Shown: piece by piece, positions 24,669 to 38,000 of the stretch
Position numbering within the stretch: the stretch's first letter is position 1
How the letters are laid out: each line of letters begins with the position of its first letter
DNA from: Coniocarpon cinnabarinum
Lineage: Eukaryota
Assembly: GCA_051942205.1 (NCBI GenBank)
Contig: JAVECO010000134.1
Span: 1 to 64,000 of the forward strand
Reading direction: 5' to 3'
DNA length: 64,000 bases
Position numbers and translations under genes: made by a program
Notes under the pieces: generated by a model
What the model saw: only the letters and a program-made list of their open reading frames with translations
Databases searched by the model: none
What the model was told of the DNA's origin: nothing

Positions 24669-25101
24669 GGCAAGGTTGGCTGGTTGTGACTGGGGATGTC
24701 GGTCGTGCTCGACGACAAGGGCTATAGATAGCATTCGTTGCCGAATTTCAGTCTTAGCGATGAGCGTGTATAATACGAGCAATCAGTGTTAGAAAACTAT
24801 GCGTACAGCAGCGAAAGCCTTTAGCAACTGATACTCCCATATGAAGCCCGTGCGTCAATAAGTGTGGGAACAGTCTGCATGGCAGTGTTGATGAGCTGGC
24901 CGATATAGGCCATGCGCGAGATCCTATAGAGGTATGGAACAGCGCGATACTTGGCTCATTTCTAGGACTGGGCTTTTGAAGTAAAATCGAACATTTTCCT
25001 TCCTGGACGCCGCATCAAATGATGCGTGAGGAAGTCAACATGTCTATCAAGAGAAAAATCGATAGGCTCATTCCGGGAATTCGTCGCCACAGAGCCTTTG
25101 A

Positions 25102-26269
25102 TTATCGCAATGGTTTTCCGCAATGGTCACTAAAGACGGGATCAGTACTCGCAACCGACTGCCACTGGATGGAAGACGTCCTACCCTCGTCGATGATCCA
25201 CGTTGTGCCGCCGTCTTCGGTGCGTGGTGCACTGTACGAACTGCTGTTAAAGGAGAGCGACGAGTCGAAGTTAGGGACGCTTCGGTCGAGCGTGATGGTC
25301 AGGGTCGTGTATTTGTACGTCGGGATAGTCCCAGTGCTTTGGCATGCACATTCGGTCTTGAGCCAGATTTGCCACGGAGGAGCTGTGACATCTACAGCAG
25401 GTATTTAGTTGAGATTGTTCTCTCCAAAACATCGAGCCGTGACCTACTGCAGTCTAGATGGCTGAAAAAGGGATCGGGTGGAATGTCGCCACCACTGAAT
25501 AGCTCGGTCACCAATCCCGCGCTTGCGACAGCACTATCATTGCTGGAAGAGGATGGGGGCTGCCCGTGGAAGCTGTCTACATCGATCATTAGACATGTTC
25601 ATGGTGGAGAGTTGTTGCGCACTTGCAGCTAAATGTCATGACGTCGCCCCCATTGATAGTATACCAGGCACCTTGGTCAAACTCTGTTATTGCACCCCCT
25701 TTTATTGCATCCTCCAGCGACAGCCTATCGCTAGGATTCTGAACCTCATCTCCCAGGAGCAGACACGTTTCAAAAGCACACCACTGGTTTGGCTGCTGGG
25801 TGCACCTGCGTAAAGTCAGCCCACAGTGAGGTGAACACTTGCTGGGAGTGACACGCTTGTTGTAGGAATCTGCTTGGGCTATGATTTGACTGGTGTCCTT
25901 CACCCAAGTTCTGTCCAACCGATCCGATATGTTCTTGATGCGATAAGGATCAGTCGGGCGAGGTCGTAATGCTTGATCTGGACTAACCGTATTTTCGAGC
26001 GCTGGAAGGATACTAAGCGTACCATTGACGTCGCTCGGTACGTCGGGCAAGTGCAGATTCCCTGTTACGTTTTCGAACGTGGCGCCAAAGCTCGCGCTGC
26101 CGATTGCCCACCAAGAGGAGGCCAGGTCTTGGTGACCTGGTGGGAAGGGACCTAAGCAACCAGGAGCGGCGCCTGCATCCTCACAGGCATCATCAGCGGA
26201 GCCAAAGGCTATGAAGCTAAACAGAATGACGTTCGTGAGGCAATGTGCTGATCTTTGAAATGTGCGCAT
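25102..26269 (-). CDS. Secreted, cysteine-containing, beta-rich uncharacterised fungal protein (multi-exon, includes a GC-AG intron)
   Basis: Signal peptide (VILFSFIAFGSA), GTLSILPALEN, QWCAF, and a last exon reading KTECACQSTGTIPTYKYTTLTITLD...TEDGGTTWII...KPLR* (stop 25102-25104) that the ORF track misses. Confidence 0.7.
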
Positions 26270-27287
26270 CTTGTTCCTCAGCGTAGCAGATGTTCCGCTT
26301 AGACTGGAACGTTACCGTAAGTGCTGTTTAGGAGTCACAGAGTCCACTCTAATTACTGGCGGACATCATCGCCTTTCCTCAATTTCGCCATCTCCCAAGA
26401 AACTAAGCCCGCCTCTGTGCCGCACCTGCTGGCTCCCATCAATATGTGTGAGTCGCAAACCAGATATTAGCTCGAAGGCGTGTCTCTTGCAATGCTGTCA
26501 TTGGATCCCGGTCCCGACGGCGCGCTCGTCTTGTTCCGTAGATAAGGCATGAGTAGATGAGACATGATCCTTGACAACGTCGGTGTCAAACAAGGCTGCC
26601 CGTAGACTTGGTTTTCTTGGAGACACAGACGGAGCCATCCACGCCTGAGGAACGCCAGCCGAGCAGCCAAGGCGCATGTGGCTTCAAGATCTCTGACTCT
26701 GGCGTAGGCCTCGAAATGCGTCAGCATGATATGCGATAATCCCTGCATGAACAGGGTGAGGAATGCTTGCCTGTAACAAAATATTGACTCAAGCAGGGCC
26801 GCTGCTGTCCATCTGCATAAATGTCCACTTGCATATATCGCGACCTGCCTGTCTTGTCTCTTGCTCACTGCGCTGCACCTGTCTGCTTGCAGCCTCAATA
26901 TTCCAGTCGGCCGTTTGACTAATGATTCGCATGTGATGCCTCCTGAAACATGCTTGAGATGCGCCTTGGTAACGAGGAGTGGAAATCCTTCGCGGGTGCG
27001 CACTGATATGCACAAGCATTTTAGCAATCGAAAACTCTATCGATCTGAGTCGCTGTGTCGCAAGTCCATCCGTGATCCCGCGAGCCTACCCTCATCGGCG
27101 CGGCAATGACACCGCTCTGGTGCTTGAGAGGACTCAAAGGCGGCTTGCATTTCTCCCGGGAAAGGACCTCAGGACATAAAGACCTGTCCCTGTCATACGC
27201 ACTCACAAACAAGTTTGTGTGTTTTGAGCTCGAGTTCGATCTTCTCAGAGAATCTGCACGCCGCCTAGTATTTTTCAATTCTCAGTC

Positions 27288-28484
27288 ATGGCGACGGAGA
27301 CTGCAGAAGAGAAGCACAATGCACTTCAACAACAACTCAACGGCGCGGCAGCCTTCATCTCGCTAGCGACAACCTTCGTCGGACTGAAGCTGCTGGCACG
27401 GCGGTTCCGTGCCGATCAAAGAACTGTTCTTACCTGTGACGACGGTCTGCTTCTTGCATCACTCGTTGCCTTTATTCCTATGTGTGCCTTCGCAATCGGT
27501 AAGTAACTGGCTAGTATGATCACCTCGACGGCTGCTGATCACATGATATGACAAGTGGACGCGCGGGCGTACATGGCCTATTATTCGACTACAGACCGCG
27601 CTTCACGCATGGCTTCACTTACCACGGTCGCGAAATCAGACTACGCCATAAGCGTCACTTATCCGGTGGCCTCAGTCCTGCCAAAGTTGTCCCTCTGTGT
27701 GCTGTATTTGCGTATCTTTAGCATTGACCTGTGGAGTCGTCGAATAACACAAGGCACGATCGTGTTCCTGGTCGTGAACGCCATAGTGTGGCTGGTGCCG
27801 ACGGTTAGAGTCTGCTATCCCATTTCAGTCTTCTGGGACCTCAAACGCTCTCATGACTGCTGTTTGAACTACAACTTGTTCGGAACTTGGATTAGTTTCC
27901 CAAACATCGTCACGGATCTGGTCATGCTTCTCTTGCCCATGCCCGTTCTGTACAGGATGCACATGGCAACGCCGAAGAAAGTAGGTCTTTTGGTTACCTT
28001 TCTTGCTGGAAGTGTGGGAATCGTCGGGGCGTGCCTCCGGCTTGCTTTCTACGTCCACCGCACATATGTTCAGCGGCCAGGGGCCGATCAATCGACGCGT
28101 AAGTTCATGTCCTCTACAAATTGCCATAGGCTGACAACCGCAGGCTCCATCGCGTACGAGGTCATTACCACCTATTTGGAGTGCGGCATGTATCTGATTG
28201 CAGCATGTTTGCCGTCACTTCGTCCCCTCATTGTCCGCTGTCATTCGATGCTTAGCAGCAGCTTCGGGTCCATCCTGCAAAGATACCGCCACTATGGTGC
28301 CGCAGACGCTGATGGCAGTCCATCTGCTGATGAAGGGTTGCATGAGGCCAAAGCACGACAGCGCATCGACGTCAAGTTGACTGGAATTGGGGATTGTGAC
28401 ACACTGGTTCATGCTGGAGAGAATTACAACACGTCCCGGGTCGATAGTGGATTCTTCCCATCAAGCCTGCAGAAGGCTGCGTGA
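27288..28484 (+). CDS. PTH11-like (rhodopsin-domain) integral membrane protein without CFEM (introns 27499-27554, 28099-28143)
   Basis: DDGLLLASL, LPKLSLCVLYLRIF, NIVTDLVMLLLPMP, KKVGL..TF..G, LECGMYLIAACLPSLRPL. Confidence 0.88.
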
Positions 28485-29491
28485 CGCGCCACTTGACGCG
28501 AATGATATGAAAGTCATGTCACCTGACCTGAGGGTACCGATGGCGAACATCATGACACACTTAACGTCATCGATCACAATAAACCAGAAACAGAACCAGA
28601 TGTATAAGGTGGAAGCGAGCAACGATTATCTCTTTCTTTTTGCAGTGCATCAAAATTACCCAAGTCGCGTCGAATACGAAAGCATTTCAAGATCACAGCT
28701 TACGGCCGTAAAAAGAGCATTACCTTTGATGCCCCGAGCTTTCCAACGCACTGCCGTGAGTGCAAAGCCGCCACGCCGCGGACTTTACTGCGCCTCATTT
28801 TACTTGATCCCAGTCGGGCCTGTCAATGCTACGACAGAACAGTTTCTTTACCACCGGAGAAGAAGTGAGGGCTTTTCCAAGATGATCATTCTATGTTGAT
28901 TGCGCACGACTAGAGACATTCCCAGCCGTCCAGGTATGACGTTCTCTGCGTAAAATTCTGTGTAAGAATGGTTTCGGCCCGCGCCTTGCACCAGCTTCCT
29001 CATACGAGCCACCAACGTGAAACGCGCCCAAAATAGCACCGTAGGCGCTGATTTGCCAATGGCTCGTCCTTCGTCAAGGGAACGTGGCCTCATGTTGGCA
29101 TCCATTTGCCGGACCTGAAATGATTCCTTGTGGCTAGTTCGCTCTATCTTAAGATCTTTACGCTGTCTGGGGTATCATCGCCCCCGAAGGAAGCACTGGC
29201 GCAGTCTGGGGTTCTCGTTCCTCCTCTCCTCTCACTGATCCTTTCCTTTTCTTTCCCTTTTTCTGCTTTGTCGTCTTGACGCGGGCCCGTCATCTTTACG
29301 AGCTGAAAGACCTCGTGACTATCTTCCTCCAAAGAGATCAACGGAACGCCGTCTTCGTAACGCAGGCTTCACGTGCTGGAGCATTCATTCGCTAGACTCG
29401 TCATAAGCCTTCCCTTTTCATGTGTATTTCTCAAATCTACGAACAATAGGCATTGACACGCACCTTGCGTTCTTCTCTTCAATCTACCATC

Positions 29492-30571
29492 ATGTTTTCA
29501 CAAAGCTTCTCACCAGTATCCTCGCTGGCAGTAGCGGCATGCCTTACCCAAGCAGCATTCGCCGTTGGCGATGACCCCCGATCAGACAGTCTTCCCTCCA
29601 CAATCACGGCCGCGCCCCTCTTCGCACGAGACACCATCGCACCCACGACCTTCGACACCCGTCCCCAGGAAGGACGAGCCAAACGCGCAGCACAGACCTC
29701 CGCTGCCAACACAAACAACGACTCAAACTCCAACGCCAACAGCAACTCAAATGCCAACACCAACAACAGCAATAACAACAGCATCAATAGCCAGGCCGGT
29801 TTCGATCGCACAGCCAGCAGCGGCTCTGCAACACGCACCCACACCGCCAACACCGCAACCCGTACCCACTCCAATCAACCCCACACCTCATCCCCCTCCT
29901 CATCATCCCACCACACCAAACTCTCCGGCGGCGCCATCGCCGGCATCGTAATCGGCATCCTCGCCTTCCTCGCCCTAATCCTGATTCTCACAGTCCTCTA
30001 CGTCCTGCGCATGCGCCGGGCCCGCGCCTCCCGCGGTCCCCGCCCCGAAATGGTGGGCAAAATGCCCAGCTGGGAGAGCAAAAGCCCCAACCAAGACCTC
30101 GGCGAAAAGATGCACGGCGGGCTCGGAAGTCCCCATGTCGGCGCTAATCCAGAGGATCACGCGCTCGGTGAACGAGGCGCTAGTTACGGGAATGTGAATC
30201 AGCGGGTGACGCGGCGGGTGGAGGACATGGTGGAGGATGAGATGGGGGAGTCGAAACGGGGAGGAGTGGGGTCAGGGGAAGAGGGGGGCGTGGAGAATGT
30301 GGGATCGATTGCGGCGGCGGCGGCGCAGGAGCGGGAAGTGTCGAGGGTGGAGATGGATGGACGGGGAGCGAATGCAAGGGGAACGACGGGCGGTCAGGAG
30401 GGAGTCGTTGAGATGCCGGCGACGCCTGTGGAGGAGTCGAGGAGTCCGCTCGGTACGGAACGTGGCAATGAAAGACAACGAGGTCCAGAAGAGTTGGAAG
30501 CCGAGAATGAGGGACAAGTTCCTGGGACAGGCGTGGGAACGGCGACGGCAACCGGAGATTTGCATTTGTGA
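29492..30571 (+). CDS. Single-pass cell-surface protein (signal peptide, N/S/T-rich ectodomain, Mid2/Skg6-type TM, charged tail)
   Basis: LSGGAIAGIVIGILAFLALILILTVLYVLRMRR, plus tail motifs RVEMDG, VVEMPA and PEELEA. Confidence 0.8.
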   Translation: MFSQSFSPVSSLAVAACLTQAAFAVGDDPRSDSLPSTITAAPLFARDTIAPTTFDTRPQEGRAKRAAQTSAANTNNDSNSNANSNSNANTNNSNNNSINSQAGFDRTASSGSATRTHTANTATRTHSNQPHTSSPSSSSHHTKLSGGAIAGIVIGILAFLALILILTVLYVLRMRRARASRGPRPEMVGKMPSWESKSPNQDLGEKMHGGLGSPHVGANPEDHALGERGASYGNVNQRVTRRVEDMVEDEMGESKRGGVGSGEEGGVENVGSIAAAAAQEREVSRVEMDGRGANARGTTGGQEGVVEMPATPVEESRSPLGTERGNERQRGPEELEAENEGQVPGTGVGTATATGDLHL

Positions 30572-30859
30572 ATTAGATCGATGGAACTTTGAAGCAAAGA
30601 GTTGCGCGGAGGCTGACTGAAAAGTTTGTTGATATTTGATCTGTAAGATACCCATGCCAGATTGAGTTCTGGTTTCTCCTGTCCTTACACATGAATCCAC
30701 GATGAATATGCTCTCTACATTTGTATGTGCTTTTGTACGTCTGCCGTTGTCATAATAAGATGCTCTGAGCGAGCGATGATTACACCGCTCCTTTCTCACC
30801 TGTTGCTTCCGAGAAGCAAATGCACGTTTCTGCGAATGCCATTTTCGTGGCATTGATTC

Positions 30860-32817
30860 CTAGTCCGATGGAACGATTACCCAACGCTTGTCTACTTCTC
30901 TTGCCCCGACGCGGGCAGCAACTGTGGATAGTGTGTTACTCAAAACTGCATTCGGCACTTTTGGTAGCTTCTTCTTCACAACCGCCAGCAGACCTTGCTT
31001 CGTGAGGTCACTGCCTTGCACGACTTGTTTGAACTCTGCAAGCTCCTGCCCTGACAATAGTCGCACCTCTTTTGCAGGTTTTTGCGGCTTCTGCGGTTTG
31101 GACGAGTCCGCAACGCCAGTTGAATTTCCATTGAGGGCAATGTTGGGACGAGGAAGAAGTGGAGGTCGATTTGCGTCGATGTTGATGGGAACCTTGTTGT
31201 CTGTAGCTTTTGTTTCGGACGGCCAGTATGTCGTCGAGAAAGGGTCGATGGGAAAGTCAAATGGTTCTGCTAACGGTCAGTATTAGTGCACCCGGGTCTC
31301 TCATCATGCGCCACGTACCAGACAAGATCTCCATGCGGTAATGGCAAGGATCAATGCTCGGGCATTGCAGAGGATTAATGACTTTGCGCCTGGCGTCTTC
31401 CCAGCATATTCCGGTAGTGGTTGGCTCCATGTCACCATTGAGAAATCTTTTCTTCGGCTTCGCGTGGTCGTCTGCTCCCTCGTCGTCCAGGAATTCTTGA
31501 AGTTCTTCGGCATCTGCAGTGCTATCCTCTTCGTCTTCGGCTTCCGACCCTAGCTCCTCGCCCTCTTCAGGTTCCTCCCACTCCGCTTCCGAGTCATACT
31601 CGTAGTCCAAGTCGTCACGAATTTGTTTTACCGGCCTTCTCGCGAGTCGAAGAGCCTCAGCGGCGGTGCGCAACTTCGAATTAGTCCCATAATATGGTGG
31701 TCGATAGTCCTCACGAAAAGCGATATATTTCATTGGATGCTCTTGAATGCGAGCCCGGGCTGCGGCGGGCGATAGCTGCTCCCCAGCGAGAGCAATAGAA
31801 TCGGTTTCATTGCCATCAGCAAGATTCACCAACTGCGCCACTGATGTCGTAGTCCAGCCTCGCTGTGGTGCTTCATATGGACTGAGATCCAAGCACTGAG
31901 CCAACGTTCTCGTATTTACGGTGGAATGGCCGGGCTCAAACCATCCTCTAGCGTCTTGCAACGCTTTCTGTGTGCATTCCTCATCCCAGGTAAACCAGTT
32001 GGGTTGGGCGACGACTGCATGCGACGGCGCTGCGAAAGGTAGAAATGTGCGCTCATAGTCATTCTCGACGCGTGAGGGCTTGGAGGGAGTAGCTTGTGCA
32101 CTGTCATCTCGGAACATTGCCTCTAATTCTTTGGAAGGAGTAGACATGCCAGCTTCGAGTTGCTGGGTCGACTTGCCGGGTTGTAGCGTTCCTTTCGGTT
32201 TAGCGAAGAATGCGTTGATACGTGATTGAGCCTGGAGATCATATTGGCATGAGGACCGCAAGTCAGAAGGAGACACATACCCTTTCCTTTTTGGCCTTCT
32301 CATCTTCCTCCTGCTTCTTAGCTTGTTCCTTTTCTTGTTTTTTCAGTTCCTTCTCTCGGCGCTTCTCCTCCAGTACTTCGTTCTTTTGGCGACGCTCCTC
32401 ATCCCTCTTCTGCTTCTCAACCTCACGCTTAGCTTTCTCCTCTTCACGTCTAGCTCGCTTCTCAGCCTTTTCGCGCTCCCGAATCGCTTTCTCAGCTGGG
32501 CTCAGCTTCCTTCTTTTCGCCGGAGGCTGCTCAGAGTGAGACGGATCGGCCGCATTTTGAGGAAGAGGTGTTCCTGAAAGCGACGTTAAACTACTGACAG
32601 TGCTCGGGGTTGGAGAGGCTCCACGGCTGGGGTCCGGTAGTGCAAGCGTGTGCATTTCGACAGTAGCTTCGACGTCAGCGTCCGGGGCTTCACGCTTCAA
32701 TGGCGATGTAGACATGTCGGCCTGAAGCTGGACGATTTCGTCCTCCCGAGACGCTGTCGGCTTGTTGTCATAGAAGATACAATCCGACAACTGCGTTGGG
32801 GACATTACAAGGGACAT
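30860..32817 (-). CDS. RLF2: Chromatin assembly factor 1 large subunit (Cac1/Rlf2), 3 exons
   Basis: KER coiled coil, PIP-like QSRINAFF, FREDYRPPYYGT, DYEYDSEAEWEEPEEGEEL, EFLDDE, PIDPFSTTYW and a C-terminal winged helix (LTKQGLLAVVKKKLP...KRW). Confidence 0.92.
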
Positions 32818-32879
32818 CTTTTCATTGGTCTAACACAGAATAAGAAAGCACGTAAGGCAACGTTCGGAATCGTCACTTC

Positions 32880-33067
32880 TGCCTGGAACCGACGAGTCGG
32901 TGAAGACGCGTCCGTAGGAAAGTCGCGTTGCACAGACGCGCCAAGAGAAAAAAGCTTAGTCAGCAGCTGGTCGTCCCGTGACCTCGCGTTCCTTGATTGT
33001 GTGGTATGGTAGGTATTCTTCGACATCCCACGCGTGCAACCATGTTCTAGCAGGAAGATCCTATGTC
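32880..33067. promoter_or_regulatory. Short bidirectional promoter (CAF-1 / Spo11) with clustered MCB-like CGCG elements
   Basis: ACGCGT at 32906 and 33030, TCGCGT at 32923 and 32984, ACGCG at 32936. Confidence 0.5.
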
Positions 33068-34513
33068 ATGGACAATCCGCTTGAAAGCGTGTCAAATTTG
33101 GCTCGAAACGAGTCAATAAGCATCAGTGCCCGGGCCAAGGTTGAGACTCTGCTACAACGTATCTTGAAGTCGCTCTCTGAAAGCGAGCGTCTTGAGATAT
33201 TGTTGAAGCAGCCTCCGAGGACGCATTCTCACAGCGTTGCCTCTCCCACATTAGTGTCGCTGCACTTTCCTGGTGCTACGCCTCACGATGCTTGGAAATT
33301 CAGTCTGCTTGCGTCTGTCTAGTCTCTCTCGTGTGCTGACTTTCCAAGCCGTGTATCTTCGTGTTCTTGATATCATACATGAAATGCTCGTGACAGGGTA
33401 TACTGTGACCAAAAGGTATATGATATCTCGGAATACGTGCAGCAGGTTCACCAACTCAAAGTCTGGGCTAGAGACATTTACTATCAGGAGCCAGCATTGT
33501 TTGGCAAACAGTCTGTTGTGGACAGATGTGTTGACACGCTTGCTTTTACGCTCGACGAATCTCGTAGTGCTTTGAATGTGGTTGGTCATGCCGCTGCCTT
33601 GTTTGCAATGTTGATATTAAGGGCAAACAGCAAGCGGCTGCCAAGGGGCTCGCTGCTGGACCTTTGAAGATCTACGCAGCTGATGGAGCCGTGCTCGACC
33701 TGCAATGTTCAAATGTATGGAAGCGAGGAAAAACGTCTCATCTGGCTCTCACCCTTGCATAGGGTGTGCTCATGGCGATGCCAAAACCGACAGATGTTTT
33801 CCAAGCCGCTGAGGTGTCGGTGGTCTTGGTCATTGAAAAAGAAGTGAGCCGCAACCAATGAGGGTTGGAAGACGACTGACGACATCCAGGCTGTCTTTCA
33901 CAGTGTATTGAACTCCCAAAACTGGGGTCACCTGTCACAAATATGTGTCGTTCTTACAGTGGGTCTTCCCACCACCAACATACTGTTGTCGTTCACACCC
34001 CGATTTTTCTCTGCGCAGGCAAAGGGATACCCTGACCTTGCCAGCCGCGTTTTCCTCAATCGTCTCATTGCAGCCGTGCCTTCGAAACCCAACAGAACTA
34101 CTACCGTCTTTGGCCTTGCAGACTTTGACCCCGATGGCATGAGCATCCTCCTCACCTATAAGCACGGATCTCTTCAGCTTGCGCATGAGGGTACTGCAGC
34201 GATGACAGCAAGGTTGCAATGGCTTGGCTGCAGAAGCAATGACATCAGCGGAAAAGTGGGAGACTTGCAGCAGTCAGGTTTACGACAGCTGACAGGACGT
34301 GATTTTGCCAAGGCGATTAATATGTTGGACTGGCCATATCTGGAGGAAGGTTCTACTGACGACCTATGGAGAAGGGAACTGCAGGTGATGCTGATGCTGG
34401 GATACAAATTCGAGATTGAGATGGTGGAGAGCAGCGTGGATAGCTTGCAGCAGCGTCTCCAGATGACCCTCAGTGCTGTGGCCCCGGACGCGATCGAAAG
34501 TCAAGACGACTAG
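33068..34513 (+). CDS. SPO11: Meiotic recombination protein Spo11 (topoisomerase VI A), ~7 exons; start uncertain
   Basis: Spliced TKRDIYYQ (catalytic Tyr)...FGKQSVVD, LNV.AAAKGL, VLVIEKEAVF, TAKGYPDLASR, LADFDPDGMSI..TYKHGS, RRELQVML..GYKFEIE. Six frame-preserving introns. Confidence 0.93.
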
Positions 34514-35016
34514 AGCTAAGACGGTCCCTCGTCGTTCACAGATCATCCAGCCATTGTCATTGTCTTCACAAAGGGGTTCTCTCAATCCTCATTTCGGTCC
34601 GACCCTGGAGCTGGTACGTGCGACAGGCCGTGGTGGTTCATAGCGAAGTCGAAGGTTATGTTTCTCTGATGATCGAGCTGTATCCTGGTATACTAAAGAG
34701 CCACGAGGAGGATGAGTGTTAGGTAGCAAAGGCCTATGTGCTGCTGTAGCTATTAAAAGAAAGCCCCAACCTTCAACAAGCCGAAGCCTTTGCCAGAGAC
34801 ACGCTAGGAACGCGGTGCAACCGTGGGAGAACGCAAGTCGTGGTCTGTGCGCTCCGCCTCGTGACAGATCTTATCACATGTCAACCAACTTGTCGTCCTC
34901 AATATCGTCACCTATTGCTAATATCTTTGTTGGCCATGTGCCCCACCTCTTCTCCTTCTCATCGTTCTCAAAAGTCTCTCGCTTCGACTCAGCTATCATG
35001 AGGATGATGATGCATC

Positions 35017-38000
35017 ATGTCCAAAGCCCTCGAACACGCTGGCAAGAAGGACCCCAGCCCTAACGCCATCCCGAAACCTCTGCTGCCATCACCGCTTGCA
35101 TCCCTGGTATCATTCGTGACTGCGGCATCCTCTCTCTCTCTTCGTGTTGGCGGCTTCATCGGGCATACGGCTATCAATGCTGGTCGTGTGGGAACTCTCA
35201 GTGGTGTCGAGCTTGGAAGAGCTGTCTTAGAGAGCGTTCTCTTTCGAGCTGGCCAAGATGTGGTGGAGCTTTCTACTGGCCGCTTGGGCAAGGTAGCCGC
35301 AGAGGGCATTCTTGAGAGTGCTGTAAGCTTGCTGCACCTGCACTGGACTTAATACAGATATTGGCGTTGACAAGTTTGCAGCTTTCGGTACTTCACAATA
35401 CCCTGACCCAGTCGTCATTCCTCATTTCAGCTGGCTTTCGACTCGGCTCATCGAGCCTCTCCGCTGGATTGGGCCTCTCGAGTGCCCTACTCTCGACTAT
35501 CAATGCTGTACTAGGCGATACCGAAACTTCCAAAGCCATTGCAACCATCATCGTGCTCATCCGACGGGAGATCAGGACCCCCGATACGGGCGTCGAGCGT
35601 GTCAACTTTGGAGATGCCTTGGCTGGATCTATTGGCTTCGTTCTCTTGCAAAGGTGGGGCTGGGAGAGAACCGAGAAAGCCCTTGCAGAGAGCGGTGCCG
35701 TGGAAACAGTGTGGGATGTTGTAATACTTGACCAAGGCGACACACTCGTTGAGCAGCCAACTCCTCTGATTGATGATGTCAGCTCCCGGCCGCGGCCTCG
35801 TGGTGGGCAACTCTCACACCAGAATCGCCCTTCATCATTCATCTCGACAGCTGGGGAAAATATCCTCGGCGATCTATCCCCAACCAATGACGGCATGTCT
35901 GTGCTTTCCATCGACTCAAATTTGCCGACTGGCTCACCACTTGATGCTTTCCACCCCGAAGATGCTTTCAAAGATCAGCTCTCTCAGCAGCTTCGAGCTG
36001 GTTCGTCTGTGCGCATTGCTACCCAATCAGTCCTCAAGAACACGGTAGCTGTGGAAATCGAAGGTCAGGGCGACTGTAACATTGAGCCTCCCGCTGGCTA
36101 TACTCTGATCGCTGTTCAAAGTCCTGAAGGGCAGCACGACCGCAAGCATAAATTCATTTTTCGAAATACGGGCAAGCGGACAAGGAGGGGAAACTTCGAT
36201 GTAGAAGTGCCTCCCACGGAGGACGATATGCTTTCGACGCCAACGACCACGACGCCCGTCGATGGACAAGGCCAAGTGCCGCTGCTGATGTCTTCTGCTG
36301 ACGCAGAGTCGACAAAGCAGTGGCCAGCCACTGCAAATCCGCTCTCACGCGATTGGCAGAACGACACATCACAACCAGCACCAATCAAAGCGAATGACAG
36401 TCGCCCTCGCTCGCCTCCGCTCTATCGTACGGAAAGGAGTCATTCAGTCAGTGGATACTTTGAGAGCAGAGAGTTTAATGACATTACTGAGGCCCCAACA
36501 CCAACTGACGACTACGGCGAATCCTTGTCCAAGCGTAACGCCTTCAAGAGAAACATCAAGCGCGGAACCTCATATGGAAAGCTGGTCGAGTTCTGGAACA
36601 GTAGCCCGCGAAAGCGTAGTAAGAAGCCTGTGCCTGACCGCGGTCCGCCTAGAACAGCTGGAATCGACACCGATACGTACTGGCTATCGACTCCAGCGAG
36701 AGCTCCATCACCTATTGTCGGCAGATCGCCATGGCCATCAGGGGCATCTACTCCACGCCAGAGTTTGGAAACCAGGCCTTCTGTTGAGAGCGACCTTCGA
36801 GCTGAGCCAAACAGCCACTTTCATCAAAAATCCCATCACAAGCGAAAACCGTCCAGTGTGTTCTCTCTCAAGACGAATATGTCTGAAACTTCGCTCGTGC
36901 TCAGGCCGGAAAATCAAAAACCAACGCGAGAGAAAATTGCACAAACCTTGGAACGTAGCAATACTTTACCCGGGCAATATCCTATCAACTCATTCACTTC
37001 TAACGTAGCTCGCTTTGCGCGGTTCTCATTAGCTGCATACGGATCAACTTTCATCAGATTCACTGGAGCTGCAACTGATAGCCGCAAGTCAGCCGAAAAA
37101 GAGGGTGCTCCTCTAGACAGGCATCAGTCATTTCAAAACTACACAGGTCTCCCTGAATCCACTATTCTTGTTTCATCCTATGTCGATCCTGAAGGTGGCG
37201 CTCATATGGAAGGTCACGCTGACAGTGGCATGCCGCTGATTCATTACATTTCCCTGGACCACGACTCCAAAGCCGTTGTCCTGACTTGTCGTGGCACCCT
37301 TGGCTTTGAAGATGTTCTCATTGACATGACGTGTGATTACGATACCTTCCTCTGGCGCGGAAAGCCGCATCAAGTGCACAAGGGCATGCTCGCTTCTGCG
37401 CGAAGACTCCTTACTCTGCACAGTGGCCGCATCGTGGCGACGATCAAAGCCGCTCTTGAAGAATTTGACGACTATGGGTTAATACTGTGTGGTCACTCCT
37501 TGGGTGGCAGTGTGTGCAGTATCCTCGGTATGATGATCAGCCAACCAAATCCAGATTTCCACACCGATTCAGTTGATTGTCCAGCTTTTCTTACCGCTCA
37601 GCCACCGAATGGTCCGTCGTTGATCGCCGGTTCCAGCAGCTACACCTCTTTTCCACCTCATCCCGCCGATGCTTTAGCACACACACTGCCTGCCAACCGA
37701 CCTGTCCACGTATACGCTTATGGGCCGGCAGCCACTGTGTCGCCTGCTCTATCACTTGCTACGAGGGGTCTTATCACGACCATTATCAACCATGCCGACG
37801 TCGTGCCTTACCTGTCTCTTGGAAACCTGCGCGACTTTCAAAGTATTGCGCTTGCCTTTAAGCATGACACACGGGACGCGAAAGGTGAAATGCGCAAACG
37901 CGTCTGGGACAGTTTGCGCAGATCAATTCGCAACAGAAGCGGCCTCGGCAATGTCGAGTCCTTCTTCACCCGTGACTGGTCGGCGAATGACCAAGGAAAG

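Noticed and set aside
26460..27280. 186-aa minus ORF and neighbours between two divergent genes
   Set aside because: No recognisable motif or reliable start; lies in a probable shared promoter region.
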